A DNA stretch of 64,000 nt from Octopus vulgaris (lineage: Eukaryota). The DNA lies in NCBI GenBank assembly GCA_951406725.2, contig OX597817.1, positions 37,882,001-37,946,000 of the forward strand, given 5' to 3'. Below, in pieces: positions 27,154-40,352 of this stretch. The notes beneath the pieces were generated by a model, which was given only the letters and a program-made list of their open reading frames with translations, was not told the origin of the DNA and ran no database searches. Made by a program: the position numbers and the translations under genes. The stretch's first letter is position 1. Each line of letters begins with the position of its first letter.

Positions 27154-27400
27154 TATGTGCCAACACCCACATATACTCATTAATGAAAGTGGTTGGTCAC
27201 TCACTAGTAATTCACCATTCTAGATGCTAACCCAATTTTATTCTGCTCTACTTCAAGATTGTGTAAACAGTGTCCCATGTTTTGGATGTCATTTAACCTT
27301 AATGCTTGACTTCCTTTTTATTCCTCTTCCCTTCCACCCCACTCTCCACACATATGCATGCATTAACATCTATACATACATGTAGCATAAAGAGAACATT

Positions 27401-27449
<49 letters not shown>

Positions 27450-29091
27450 GTACATTTTTTTATATTTTTCAATTAAGTTGTGAAATAAAGCAGACGACCT
27501 TTAGTTTTTTTTTCAGACGGTTGAGATTGCATCAGGCACAGGAAAGTTACTAACTTGCAATGTATAAAGTAAATTTACAAGTTTAGTCTTTATTAATTTT
27601 TTTTACAATTTCCCCGTGTGGTGTGAATAATGCCCAGACTGAACATCTGTAGGAAAAATGTAGGTGGTGGTGAGAAAATTTTGTATTTAGTCTGATTGTT
27701 TACGCTTATACATGAACGTAGGTGTTCCATAAGAGTAAACTTACGTTCTGTATGAGTTAATGGGGGAGCCTCTATGTCACCTGATACAATCTCATCTGAT
27801 ACTTCTACAAAGTTTCCATCTATTCAATTTCAACCACAAGACTTTGGTTGACCAGAAATTATAGCAAAATAAACTTGCTCAAAATGCAGGACTTGATCGT
27901 TGCAAAAGAAACTGGTTAACTACATTGTCATACCTACATACACTTAGTGAGTAAAAAACTAGAATCTGAGTAAAGTAGTGATAGTTTACGTCTAGGCAAG
28001 TGGGGAATAAATTAGAATTCTTTGAGGAAGAGGAGAAGCCAATAGCTGAAAGTTCCTGCATAAAATAGATCACTTCTCTTCATTCTTGACTAATTTATAC
28101 TACTTTTTGGGTTGGTCTGATGTAAAAGGAGATGGGTTCAAATTTTTTATGTTTGAGAGGGGGAAAGAAACAATAAAATGATTTCTCCCTAGGAGACATT
28201 CTCATAAGATGGGGAAAGAATAAGATGATTTCATCCACAGTATGTTATTGGTATTTACTTAAATATGACCACCACTGTTGAATCTGTGTGATTTAGATTG
28301 TAAAATTCTGAAATGCTGAACTAAATTTCTTTACACTTTTAGACCTGGTCTTTAGCATTTTTACCAATTCCACTGTTCTGGTTCTAAAGTTTTTATGGCA
28401 TCATTCATTGATTGGGTGACAACTAAACTGGGGCACCACCTTCTTTGGTGTAGTCAATTATATGAATCCCAATACTTATTTCATTGGCCTTAGAAGAACA
28501 AAAGGCAAAGTAAACCTGTGCAAGGTCTGAACTCAGAATATAAAGAGTGCAACCAAATATCGCTTGTGCTAAATTCTTTACTTAATTTACAACAAATCTG
28601 CATAGTGTGTTGTTGTTATTGTTAAGCTCCAGCTTAGATTTGGTTTAGTAGATCTATGATCAAATTTAGCAAATCTATGATGAAATTGGTTCCAACTGTG
28701 ACCATAATATCTGTTTCTTTTTTTTTCCCCAGACATGATATGTTTAGGACTATATTATCCAATGCATCTTTCCATTTTTTTTTAATGTCATTTGGCTGTT
28801 ATATCTAGCAGATTGAATAATCTTTTACTTGCGTGTGTGTATATTTATTTTCATTTATGATTAAATTAATGACTATAAACCTGTAACCTTTGTCTTCTAG
28901 TCTACTGGTTGACATCAGTAACAGAGTAAATAAGGTTAAAATAATAATTGCTTCTAACTTGGGCACAAAGCCTGAAATGTTGAGGGAAATATTGAGGGAA
29001 TGTTGGCACTTACTTTTATCAGTCCCAAAATGATGAAAGTGATAGTTGACTTAGGTAGAATTTGAACTCAGAGTGTAAAGAACTAGAGTAA

Positions 29092-29350
29092 GGGGTAAAG
29101 ATCCCTTTTGATCATGAATGGCCATGGGATTGCACTTAGAAAGTTTCTCTCCAAGACACAAGTCCGGGCAAGGTTGTTTATGGAAGACCAGCAGTTGCCC
29201 ATGCATACCAACCTCTCCTCTTCACGCTACTGATGTTGTCCAAGGGAAAGACAGAGGCCAATGCAGCTTGGCACCAGTGACGTTACAACTCCCTTCAGCA
29301 GCTGAGTGGACTGGAGCAATGTGAAGTAAAGAACACACACAGCATGGTCC
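29092..29350 (-). mobile_element. Family-C SINE, lacking head
   Basis: Homologous to 31503-31842. Confidence 0.7.
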
Positions 29351-29739
29351 ACTGAATGCTATGACATTTTCTCTGATGCTCATATGATTCTGCCCATCCA
29401 TCAGTATAATGGTTTCAAACTTTGGTAGTAATTTTGAGAGGGAAGAGACAAGTTGATTACATTGACCCCTGGTACTTGACTGGTATTTTATTTTATTGAC
29501 CCCAAATGGATGAAAGGCAAATTTGGTGGAATTTGAACTCAACATAAAGATCCAGAAGAAATGCCACTTGTATAATAATAATAATTCTTTCTATTATAAG
29601 CACAAGGTCTGAAATTTGGTGATGGTGGGGGGATACTCAATTATGTCGACCCCAGTATTCGACTGGTACTTATTTTATTGACCCTGAAAGGATGAAAGGC
29701 AATGTTGACCTCAGTGGAATTAATATCTGCTGTGCTTAC

Positions 29740-30101
29740 CTTGGATCGTAGGGCAACCTGATGTGCTTGAGGAGACCTATTGAGTCAAGTACATCAACAT
29801 CAAAATAAAAATCAAATGGAAATTGTAGTTGTGATAGCCATGCTGGTGGCCTGTAAAAAGCTCCATCCAAACGTGACCGACACCAGCACCGCCTTGACTG
29901 GTGTCCGTACTGGTGGCACGTAAAAAGCATCCACTACACTCACAAAGTGGTTGGCGTTAGGAAGGGCATCCAACTGTAGAAACACTGCCAGATCAGACTG
30001 GAGCCTGGTGCAGCCTCCTGGCTTCTCAGACCCCGGTTGAACCATCCAACCCATGCTAGCATGGAAAATGGACGTTAAACGATGATGATGATGATGATGA
30101 A
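29740..30101 (+). mobile_element. RTE 3' UTR fragment (pre-array segment, 2 units and tail)
   Basis: GAGACCTATTGAGTCAAGTA pre-array motif as in the 59580-59610 region; (GAT)n tail. Confidence 0.8.
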
Positions 30102-30189
30102 TAATCCTTTCCACTACAGGCACAAAGCCTGAGATTTTGGAGGAGGGGGTAAATTGATTACATTAACCCCAGTACTCAACTGATACTTA

Positions 30190-31440
30190 TTACGATGTTT
30201 GGAAAGTAATTGTGTTTTTTCACCACCATGAAATATGAATGAACCAATCATGTCGGAGCCAAGGTCAAATGGGTGGGATCTGTCTAGAATAGTATATTAT
30301 CTCTTCTATCCAGCAGCTTACCATCCATAATTATTTCAGTAATTAACTCTATGGAGTATAATAACTTCATGAAACAACATGGTTACCATTGTTTATTGTA
30401 TGAGTTTTAAAAGAAAAATATCACAACAGAAGCAATGAAAAACATTTGTGAAGTGTATCCGGATGCAGTGAAAGGTTGTACATGTCAGCTGTGGTTTAAA
30501 AGGTTTAAAGATTGTGAACACACCCTACAAGCCTTTTGAATGAGACTGTTGTATCAGATCCATGTTGGAGCACCAGAGATTGGAGCAAAAATTTAATTTG
30601 TCATGTTCAACTATCCACAAACATCTCAAGCATGTTGGGAAAACATACAGGAAAGGGATTTGGGTTCCACATGAGCTTATGCTTGAGAACTGAACACAAT
30701 GTTCCACTATCTGCAGCAGTCTTCTAACCAGGAATAGCAACCTGTCGTTTCTGCAGGGCATTGTTACAGGTGATGAAAAATGGATTTTGCATCACAACAG
30801 AAAACGAAAGAGACAATAGTTATAATGTAATGAGAGACCAGTGCCAGCACCAAAACCAGAACTCCATCCACAAAAACCCTTGCCATGTGTCTGGTGGAAC
30901 ATGCAAGGTATCATCTATTACAAGCTACAGGAAGATGGAAGGACCATCAATACAAATGTTTATGGCCAACAACTTGATCATGTAAATGAAAAATTATGTC
31001 GAAAGTGGACCGGCTTTGGTAAACAGAATAGGTTTTTATTCTCCTGCATGACAATGCATGACCACACTCTTCAAAACAATCCCCAAGAAAAAATAAGGTT
31101 GTTAGGATGGGAAGTTCTTTCACATCCTCCATACTCACCTGACTCAACACCTACAGGTTTCCATTTGTTCCAGTCACTAGAACAATTTATAAGAGGCAAA
31201 ACATTCAGAAACAGAGAGGAAGTGGAAAAGAGTCTTTTAGACTTTTTTTTTTTTCTGTAAAAGAAATAGGTTTCTTTGAACATGGCATAAAAAAGTTACT
31301 TTTCTGTTGGGCTGCAGTCATTGAAAACAATGGTGATAACATTTTTGATTAAAACTATTCAGATAAACGTAATTTACATAATTATTATATAATTTTTATA
31401 TCCTTTCTGGTAAAACACAATTACTTTCTGAACAACCTAA
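30190..31440 (+). mobile_element. Full-length decayed mariner (Tc1/mariner, DD34D type)
   Basis: TIRs TTACGATGTTTGGAAAGTAATTGTGTTTT / AAAACACAATTACTTTCTGAACAACCTAA; TA duplication at 30188 and 31441; 1251 bp; inserted into a family-B SINE. Confidence 0.95.
30351..31351 (+). pseudogene. Mariner transposase pseudogene (frameshifts and stops)
   Basis: Motifs WVPHEL (about 30661), IVTGDEKW (about 30760), HDNA (about 31046) and LGWEVLSHPPYSPD (about 31101-31143) lie in different frames. Confidence 0.9.
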
Positions 31441-31502
31441 TATTTTATCAACCTCAAAAAGATGAAAGGCAAAAATCAACCTTAGAAGAATTTGAACACA
31501 TA

Positions 31503-31842
31503 TTGCTGAGACCCCCTTTGGTCATGACTGACCATGGGATTGCACCTAGAAAGTTACCCTCCCAGCACCTGTCCAGGCAAGGTTTTTTTATGGAAGACCA
31601 GCAGTCGCCCATGCATACCGGCCTCCCCTCTCCACACCACAAGTGTTATCCAAGGGAAAGGCAATGGCCAACACAGTTTGAAACCAGTTACATCGCAACT
31701 CATTTCTACAGCTGAGTGAACTGGAGCAACGTGAAATAAAGTGTCTTGCTCAAGAACACAACATGCAGCCCGGTCCGGGATTCGAACTCACAACCTCACG
31801 ATCGTAAGCTCGACGCTCTAACCACGGAGTCATGTACCTTCA
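31503..31842 (-). mobile_element. Family-C tRNA SINE, full length with 10-bp TSD
   Basis: Minus-strand head GTGGTTAGAGCGTCGAGCTTACGATCGTGAGGTTGTGAGTTCGAATCCCGG; TSD TGAAC(A/G)CATA at 31493-31502 and 31843-31852. Confidence 0.85.
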
Positions 31843-33437
31843 TGAACGCATAATGATGATAATAATAATAATAATAATTCTTTCTACTATAGGTGCAAAG
31901 CCTGAAATTTGTGGGGAGGGGGATATTCATTTCCATCAACTCCACTATTTAACTGGTACTTATTTTATCACCCTTGAAATTTGAACTCAAAACACAAAGA
32001 TAGACAAAATACCACTAAGCATTTAGTTTTGGTGTGCCAATAGTAACAATCACTACGCATATTTCACTAGTTAATTGTCCTTCACACTACATTTGATATA
32101 GTTCCGTATGTCTTGTATACCTTTCCACATTTATCATATTTGGCCTACTTTCTCTATCAACCATGACTCACTAACAACTTACCTAGTATATCTCATGTAC
32201 TTGTACTGCATTTCTTATGCTTCAGTCACTTTTAACATGTTGAATTGTTTGTGTTTGTGTTGTTGCTAGGCTAATCATTGACAACTTGCCAACAGAGATT
32301 ATGCTTTTTTTTTTTTTTTCAATATGGCTTAGAGGTGGAAGGGCAGTGGCATTGATATTCAGTGTAACCAAGAGTAGAAAGAAGTTACCCTCAAGACTTA
32401 AGGCTTAACTTTAATGCATGCAACAGAATACATCTTTTGAAAACCACGCAAGGGCCACATGGTGGCTTTCAACTGGCAACAGTTGATGTCTACCTTCCAA
32501 GATTATGAGAACATCATGCATAAGAATTAGAATATGTTTTCCTTATGTAACTCCAGGTTATCCCTGTTTGAGCAAACCTATAATCAAAGGTGCTTAAGCC
32601 TTGATTTTTCCGTTTTTTTTTTTTACACGAGTGCCATCCTTCTTGTTTTAGCTCTTTAACATATGAATTATTCTGTTGAATGTAATTCACATAATTTTGA
32701 ATTAATCATGCATTGTCTTGTAGCTTCAAGATTTCAACGATGTCAGTGTTTATTTCTAAAATGACATTGTTGGATAGGTGTGATAGGCTGGATCTGGCTA
32801 TTTGAGTGAGATGTAGCTGGTTTAAATGCTAAAGGGTTAAGATGGTAGCATAATGATTTGAGAGAAATTTGGTTATTATTTCTAGCAGATTTAACAAGCA
32901 TGAAGAGACGCTCTTGGCTCATTTAATCTGTGTGCATATATGTGTAAACACATACAAGCATAGCTTATAAGCACAGGCATGAGTGTATGGTAAGAAGTTT
33001 GCTTCCCTATCACATGGTTTCAGGTTCAATCTCACCTCATGGAACCTGGAGCAAGACTCTGCTATTATAGTTCCAAGCTGACAAAACATTTTGAGTGGAT
33101 TTGGTTAATGGAAATTTAAGGAAGCTCATTTCATATATGTATTTATGTGTATGTGTTTGTATCTCTTTGTTTTGACATCAGGCAATAGTTTTATCATTGT
33201 CTCACAAACAGTGTCTTTTGTTTTCAGTCTTCGATGTAAACGTCCAACAATGGGGAAAATATTACCATGCATAGAAATATTGGAAATGGGTAAACGTTGA
33301 AAGTAGGAAGGGTATCTGGGTGTAGAAGATTTGCCTTATTGAATTCTGTTTGACCCAAGTAAATATAGAAAAGTGAACTAAAAAACAATGATGAAAATAT
33401 GCTGTAGACAACATGTGCACAGAAGCCCATCATATAC

Positions 33438-33470
<33 letters not shown>

Positions 33471-33471
33471 A

Positions 33472-33964
33472 TCATCATCATCATCGTTTAACGTCCGCTT
33501 TCCATGCTAGCATGGCTTGGACGATTTGACTGAGGTCTGGTGAACCAGATGGTTGCACCAGACTCCAATCTGATCTGGCAGAGTTTCTACAACTGGATGC
33601 CCTTCCTAACACCAACCACTCTGAGAGTGTAGTGGGTGCTTTTACGTGCCACTGGCATGAGAGCCAGTTAGGTGGTACTGGCAACGGCCACGCTCAAATG
33701 GTGCTTTTTATGTGCCACATGCACAGGAGCCAGTCCACGGCACTGGCAACGACCTTGCTCAAATGTTTTTTTTTTTCACGTGTCACCAGCACAAGTGTTA
33801 GTAAGGTGACAATCACGTTTGAATGGTGTTTTTAAATGTGCCATCGGCACGAAGGCCAGCTTGTTGCTCTGACAACGATCTCACTTGTATGGTACTCTTA
33901 GCGCTCCACTAGCAATGGATGCCAGTCACCGAGTTTGATTTTGATTTCACTTGCCTCAACAGGT
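33472..33964 (-). mobile_element. RTE 3' UTR with about 5 array units
   Basis: (ATC)n tail, terminal segment, repeated GGTGCTTTT(T)ACGTGCCAC units and the pre-array motif. Confidence 0.85.
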
Positions 33965-33977
33965 CATATATATATAT

Positions 33978-34043
<66 letters not shown>

Positions 34044-34559
34044 GTGTATTTGTGAGATGCTTGCATTCCTTGTTGACATCATGACAGGTCACTCAGTGGC
34101 TTAGAAAAACTACTGGAGTATTTTAAAAATCCCTTTCTTGAAAAAACAGGTAGGCTGTTGGTGATAGGAAGGGCACATGACCATAAAATGCTACCTCAAA
34201 TAAGTTTCCAGCTAACCGATGCTAGCATGGGAAAATGGACATAAAATGAATGATATTATTTAAAAACAGTTTGATTCGACTCCATGAAGCTTAATGTTTC
34301 GCAAGCTTGTCACATGAACCTAGACCGTCAGGATCAACTTTAAGTTGCATGAAGCTAAATTAAACTGATTTTTTTTTTTTAAATAATAATGATGCAACTC
34401 TTAGCAAATGTGTTGAGCGCCTCTACCTTTCATCTACCCACTTATTCATACACGCATATTTATACAGGAAACACATAATCACACTGTTTGCAATTGAGGA
34501 TGACTGGTTATTGTAATGTTCTTGTGTTACACCTGTTTAGTCATGAGTGGACACGGATA

Positions 34560-34797
34560 TATTTCTTTACTACCCACAAGGGGCTAAACACAGATGGGAC
34601 AAACAAGGACAGACAGAGGGATTAAGTCGATTACATCGACCCCAGTGCGTAACTGGTACTTAGTTTATCGACCCCGAAAGGATGAAAGGCAAAGTCGACC
34701 TCGGCAGAATTTGAACTCAGAACGTAACGATAGACGAAATACGGCTACGCATTTCGCCCGGCGTGCTAACGTTTCTGCCATGCTAACGTTTCTGCCA
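34560..34797 (-). mobile_element. Young family-B SINE with 17-bp TSD
   Basis: TSD ATGAGTGGACACGGATA at 34543-34559 and 34798-34814; CpGs retained; 17-bp duplication (TGCTAACGTTTCTGCCA x2) at the element's 5' junction. Confidence 0.9.
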
Positions 34798-34865
34798 ATG
34801 AGTGGACACGGATAGCTTCTCTGACAGAGTCCACCTGTAGAAAGAAACAGATATACACAGGTGTG

Positions 34866-34867
<2 letters not shown>

Positions 34868-34901
<34 letters not shown>

Positions 34902-35037
34902 TGTGTACAGTGCTCAGGTGCACTACAACTCATCTAAAGTGTATATATAATCAGGTGTAGTTTCGGCGGATTTCGGAAAGCATGAGGGCCTTAAAGGATG
35001 CAGTGTCATGGCAGTCAACAACTGACGCAGGCAGGTC
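34868..35037 (-). mobile_element. 3' end of a second CR1-group LINE
   Basis: Minus strand LPASVVDCHDTASFKALMLSEIRRNYT*, short UTR and (ATT)n tail; the same tail recurs on + at about 35575-35635. Confidence 0.75.
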
Positions 35038-36886
35038 TGATTTTTTAAATGAGTAAGAAAAGCTTCTTCAAAACAAAGAAAACAAGGAAAGGCATGGGAG
35101 AGGGAAAGAGAGAGAGAGAGGGAGAGAGAGAAAAGAACATAGAAGAAGGGAGAGAGAGAGAAACTAATAAAATGTGTTTGTCGAATGGAGGTGAAAGGGA
35201 GAGGAGAAGATTAGTAAATAGTTAAGTCCTGAAGGCTTTGACCTTTTCCTCAGTCTTTGTTAATTTGTCAATTGTTCTTCTTTCGGAGGTAAAAAAAAAA
35301 GGTGAGAGATAGGTAAACAGTTACACACTCACACCTCTTCCACATTAAAGCTGTCACAGTATTGTTTGAAACACAGCCATGGTTAGATATAAAGATTACA
35401 GAGTGAGTTAAATATTTTCTTTTAACTAACTTTTAGCTACTTCGCTTTATTAACTTGTGCGTTTCAGAGACTGCTAAGTGTACCCTGTGTGTATGTATGT
35501 ATGTATGTATTTACTGTGTGTAATTCTACTCCTTTAAGTAGAATACATAAACATACGTATATACTCTATACGCACTTTCTGACAAGTTGTGGTGCACCTG
35601 AGCACTGTATACAATAATTTCATTATTATTATTATAACTTGAATGATCTATCGCACATGTTTACTCTAAATCTACAGAAATGTGTATGTAGAGAGTGTGT
35701 GTGCATGTTTCAGATTTTTAAATGTTATGCAGAAAGCTTCCAGGACGAAAACGGAACGTCCCTGTCACAGCTGGCTCAGGAGTAGAGTATTAAAATTTAA
35801 GTTTAAACAATAGATTATTGTAATGTTTTACGAAGGGAGACTACTCTGGCATTTTTGTTCATCATTTTCAGTTTACCGGTCTATTTCACTGCATCTTAGA
35901 AAATGTACTTAGAAGTTTATTGTTAAAACAAATTCTGTCCTCCCATGTTTTCATCAATTTACATTATGTGTCAATTCTTTGAGGAACGTGTTCATATTCT
36001 GTTTATTTTATTAGAATATAAACGCGTATGTGTGTGTATATATATATATATAGTACATAGTAATATAAAAACCACATTAAAAAATATATAAATCCAAAAC
36101 CAGGAGGTAAAAAAGGGAAATAGAGGAAAGAAAAATATCAGTTCAACATTAAGTGCCTGAATTGGTCACACACCACAAGGTTCAACAGAACCTACTGAAG
36201 CAAACCAACACATTCACAGCATTACCGCAGGCGATGGCAAGGCTATAAAATATGATTCTGTTATAAAACTGATGGACGAAAATTTTTTTCCTATTAAGCA
36301 CCACATATTATGTTATATTCCTCTTAATACTGAAGCTAAAACAGTTTAAAGAGAAGCCACTAAGTAGTTGATATTTAAGTACTCAGCACTGTGGGAGAAG
36401 ACATGGATTCTGCAAGTCACAACTTGTCCAGAAGAGCCATCAGTCCAAATAAAAACAGATACATTGTATAGAGGACATTTCAGTCTTATCAAAGAAATTT
36501 TCTAGTGCGAGCAACATGATAAAATGCATCCAGTCCATACTGTAAAGGGGTTTGTAATAGGAATTCACTGATACATGGAAGATTAGACTTTAAAATGAGG
36601 ATGGTGATTTTACACACACACACACTCTCTAACTTCTAGTAAATGTTATTAGACACTTAGTGAAAAGGCAGAAATAATTCTGTTACTATGACTGTGCATG
36701 TAGTGCATTCTGGAGCTACCCTCATGATATGTGGGTTTAACAGTGTTATGTATGATATATCTTGCATAGTAGCAGAAATTGTTTTTGTGTAACCTCAAAA
36801 TAGTGGCTTTTTATTAGATTATAATCAAAATATTTATAATATTTTGATTATAATCTAATAAACAGCCATATTATAATCTAATATAC

Positions 36887-37110
36887 ATAGGCGTAGGAGT
36901 GGCTGTGTGGTCAGTAGCTTGCTTACAAACCACATGGTTCTGGGTTCAGTCCCATTGCGTGGCATCTTGAGCAAGTGTCCTCCACTATAGCCTCAGGCCG
37001 ACCAAAGCCTTGTGAGTGGATTTGGTAGACGGAAACTGAAAGAAGCCCATCGTAAACACACCAGCATTGGTTGTCAAGCGATGTTGAGGGGGGCAAACAC
37101 AGACACACAA

Positions 37111-37158
<48 letters not shown>

Positions 37159-37328
37159 ATATGTTTGTGTTTGTCCCTGCAACATCGCTGTAACCTAGTG
37201 GTACTGCAAAAGAGATCAATAGAATAAGTATTAGGCTTATAAAGAATAAGTCCTGGGGTTGATTTGCTCGACTAAAGGTGGTGCTCCAGCTCAGCTACAG
37301 TCAAATGACTGAAACAAGTAAAAGAGTA
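36887..37328 (+). mobile_element. Family-A SINE with internal inverted duplication
   Basis: Normal head and tail; segment 37051-37120 is reverse-complemented relative to the other copies. Confidence 0.85.
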
Positions 37329-38037
37329 ATGAATTCAGAAACGATGCCAAAATCAACTCCACAGCTTACCAGTTCTCAGTCAAACCATTCAACCCATGCC
37401 AGCATAGAAAACAGGCATTAAATGATGATGAAGATGTGTGTGTGTGTCTTTGTGTTTGTCCATCACTACTGCCTTACAACCGGTGTTGGTGTGTTTATGT
37501 CCCTGTAACCAAAGAAACGAATCGAATAAGTACTAGGCTTAAAAAAACAAGTCCTGAGGTCAATTTGTTTGACTAAAATCCTTCAAGATGGTGCCCCAGC
37601 ATGGCTGCAGTCAAATGATTGAAACAAGTAAAAGATAATCATTTACTTTTCATAATTAATAAGTAATATTTATAGATTTGGTCTAGGTATGCATTTTTGC
37701 CTACCCCGGCTCATATTTTTATTCATCATTTCATTTCAACAAAGTTATTACTATTGATATTCATTTTATATGTATTCACACAATGACCATTAGAAAAGAA
37801 ACATTTCTTGAAGGATAAGGTACTGGATTACTGACCCCTGTTTGAGTTTTGTGTTGTGCCTCTGAGCAGGGCATTTAATTCTGCTTGTTTTGAAAACAGA
37901 AGCCTGACTATAAAAATAAAAACATAGTCTCTTCTTCAGATTACGGTACTATCAGTTATATAGACATGGACATGATATCACATGATATCATTTATTATAT
38001 CACATAATATCATTTTTAATTTTTTTAAATTTTAGAG

Positions 38038-38400
38038 CCATGGTTCTTAACCGTTTTTAAATTTTTTTAGCACTCCCCACTTTTAGGTATTTGTTATGCC
38101 TAGTGCTCACCTAAGTGGTGAGTGAGGTATCACTACTAAACTAACTTAACATGGATGATAATTCATAAATTTTACTCTAAAAATGGATTACTTAATACTT
38201 TCCTGTGCCTGATGCAATCTCATTTTATTTTAATAATCATTACTAGTTTTATCATGTATGATATTATTGCTACTATAGGTAAAATTTAGTATTAATTATG
38301 TTATCTCACTACTTTCCACACTGCATCCTAAAGCCTAATGCCCTCTTTGCCATACCAGGCACACCTTTGGAGGCAGTATTGCCCACATTGAGAACCCCTG
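38038..38400. mobile_element. hAT-like MITE, degraded
   Basis: CCATGGTTCTTAACC ... TTGAGAACCCCTG termini; imperfect 8-bp TSD TTTTAGAG / ATCTAGAG. Confidence 0.55.
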
Positions 38401-39969
38401 ATCTAGAGGAAAGGGCATTGCTCATAACTTTTGAGATCAGTGAGCTCAATACCATGAATTTCCATTCAAAATGTTGCCTGTCAAGACCTGTAAGAAAAAA
38501 GGACTTGGAATAATGGTTAGTGAAGCTTCAAGAGGTTGGGATACATCGAAAATGCTAAGGGGTGAGTGAATTGGGGATATCTGAGTAGTGTAAAGATTTT
38601 TTGTGATTGTAAAGTAGTTCTCTTTACAATCACAAGTTCCTGTGTCCAATTTCATGTGTTGTATCATGAGCAAATGTCTCTTGTCATAGCCCTGTGTCAT
38701 TTGAATTAATTGGTTCCAGGTTTAGTCCCACAGTGTGGCACCTTGGGCAAGTGTCTTCTACCATAGCCTTAGGCTGACCAAAACCTTGTGAGTGGATTTG
38801 GTTGATGGAAACTGAAAGAAGCCAATTGTGTATCGGTGGTACATAAAAAGCACCCACTACACTCTTGGATTGGCTGGCATTAGGAAGGGTATACAATTGT
38901 AGAAACCATGCCAAATCAGCTCCATGGCTTACCAGTTCTCAGTCAAACCATTCAACCCATGCCAGCATAGAAAACAGGCATTAAATGAAGATGTGTGTGT
39001 GTGTGTCTTTGTGTTTGTCCCTCACTACCTCTTTACAACCGGTGTTGGTGTGTTTATGTCCCTGTAACCAAAGAATTAATATTAATTCAAATGACACATG
39101 GCCAGTGTCATTTGAATTAATTGGATAGATAGATACTGTATAAAAGCCCATTGGACAGACAGTACTTGTCTTAGGTGACACTCAATTCCTCACCTGGTTT
39201 CACACTATCACATGTACCCCAGGGTACCTTAAGAAGTGTCCATTCTGTAGCAATTAGTCAGGCCAAGCCTATGGTCTGTGGGTAATTATATCTTGATGCG
39301 CTTCTACCTATTATAGCAAACTATGAATTGTAGGGTTGTGAATTTTTTTTTTTTTACTGCTCTTCCTCCTCTGACTTAGTCATAAAACAAAACTGTGTCA
39401 CTGCTTAGATCTTAAGAAATTTATTTTTGTCTCTGAAACCTGTTGTGAGTAGTGTTGAAGTTGAATTCACAGCAGAAAGGCAGTAGGACAACCATTATTG
39501 TTCAGTTTTCTGAGTCTGGGATACCTGATAATAGAGAATTATATTTTTTACATTTTTGTTAAATATTTCTAATTCCAACAAATAGGGTTATTTTTAAATT
39601 TCATTTTTGTTATAAAAGATGTATATGTGTGTGTGTGTGTGTGTGTGCTGGTGTCACTTACAAAAACACCATGCCAGTTCCACATAAAAAGCACTTGTAC
39701 TGGTGCCACATACATGGCACTCAGTACCCTCTGTAAAGTGATTGGTGTTAGGAAGGGCATCCAGCCATTGAAACCCCAAACCATGTTAGAATGGAAAATC
39801 AACAATAAATGATGATGATGATATAGGTAGAGGCATGGCTGTGCGGTTAAGTGGGCCACTTTGAAATTACATGGGTTTGGGTTCAGTCACACTGTAGCAT
39901 CTTGAGCAAATGTCTTTTACTGTAGGTCTGAATTGATAAATGCCTTAAAAGTCTTTTTGGTATATACTT

Positions 39970-40352
39970 ATAGGCATGGCTGTGTGGTAAGAAGCTTCCA
40001 TCCTAACCAATAGCTCTGGGTTCAGTCCATCTGTCTGGAACTTTGGGCAAGTGTCTTCCACTATAGCTTTGGGTTGACTAAAGCCTTATGAGTGGATTTG
40101 GTAGACAGAAGCTGAAAGAAACCTGTCGTTTATATTTTTATATCTAAGTGTCTGTGTTTGTCCCCCACCACTGCTTGACAGCCAGTGTTGGTGTTTGTCT
40201 TCATAACTTAGTGGTTCAGCAAAAGATACCAATAGAATAAATACTAGGCTTAAAAAATAACTCTTAGAGTCAAGTTGTTCAACTAAAACCTTTCAAGGTG
40301 GTGCCCCAGAATGGCCACAGTCAAATGATTCAAACAAGTAAAAGATGAAAGA
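39970..40352 (+). mobile_element. Older family-A SINE
   Basis: Head, CORE-like segment and tail all recognisable but diverged. Confidence 0.75.

Noticed and set aside
27518-27570. Exon after TTTTTTTTTCAG
   Set aside because: All frames stop before the better donor (GTAAAT); only a weak donor keeps a frame open.
30841-31260. Active or domesticated transposase
   Set aside because: Catalytic motifs are split across frames with stops, and the third Asp position is altered (PTGFHLF).
31770-31842. tRNA gene
   Set aside because: tRNA-like head is fused to a SINE body with a TSD and has no complete acceptor stem; likewise 1938 and 52817.
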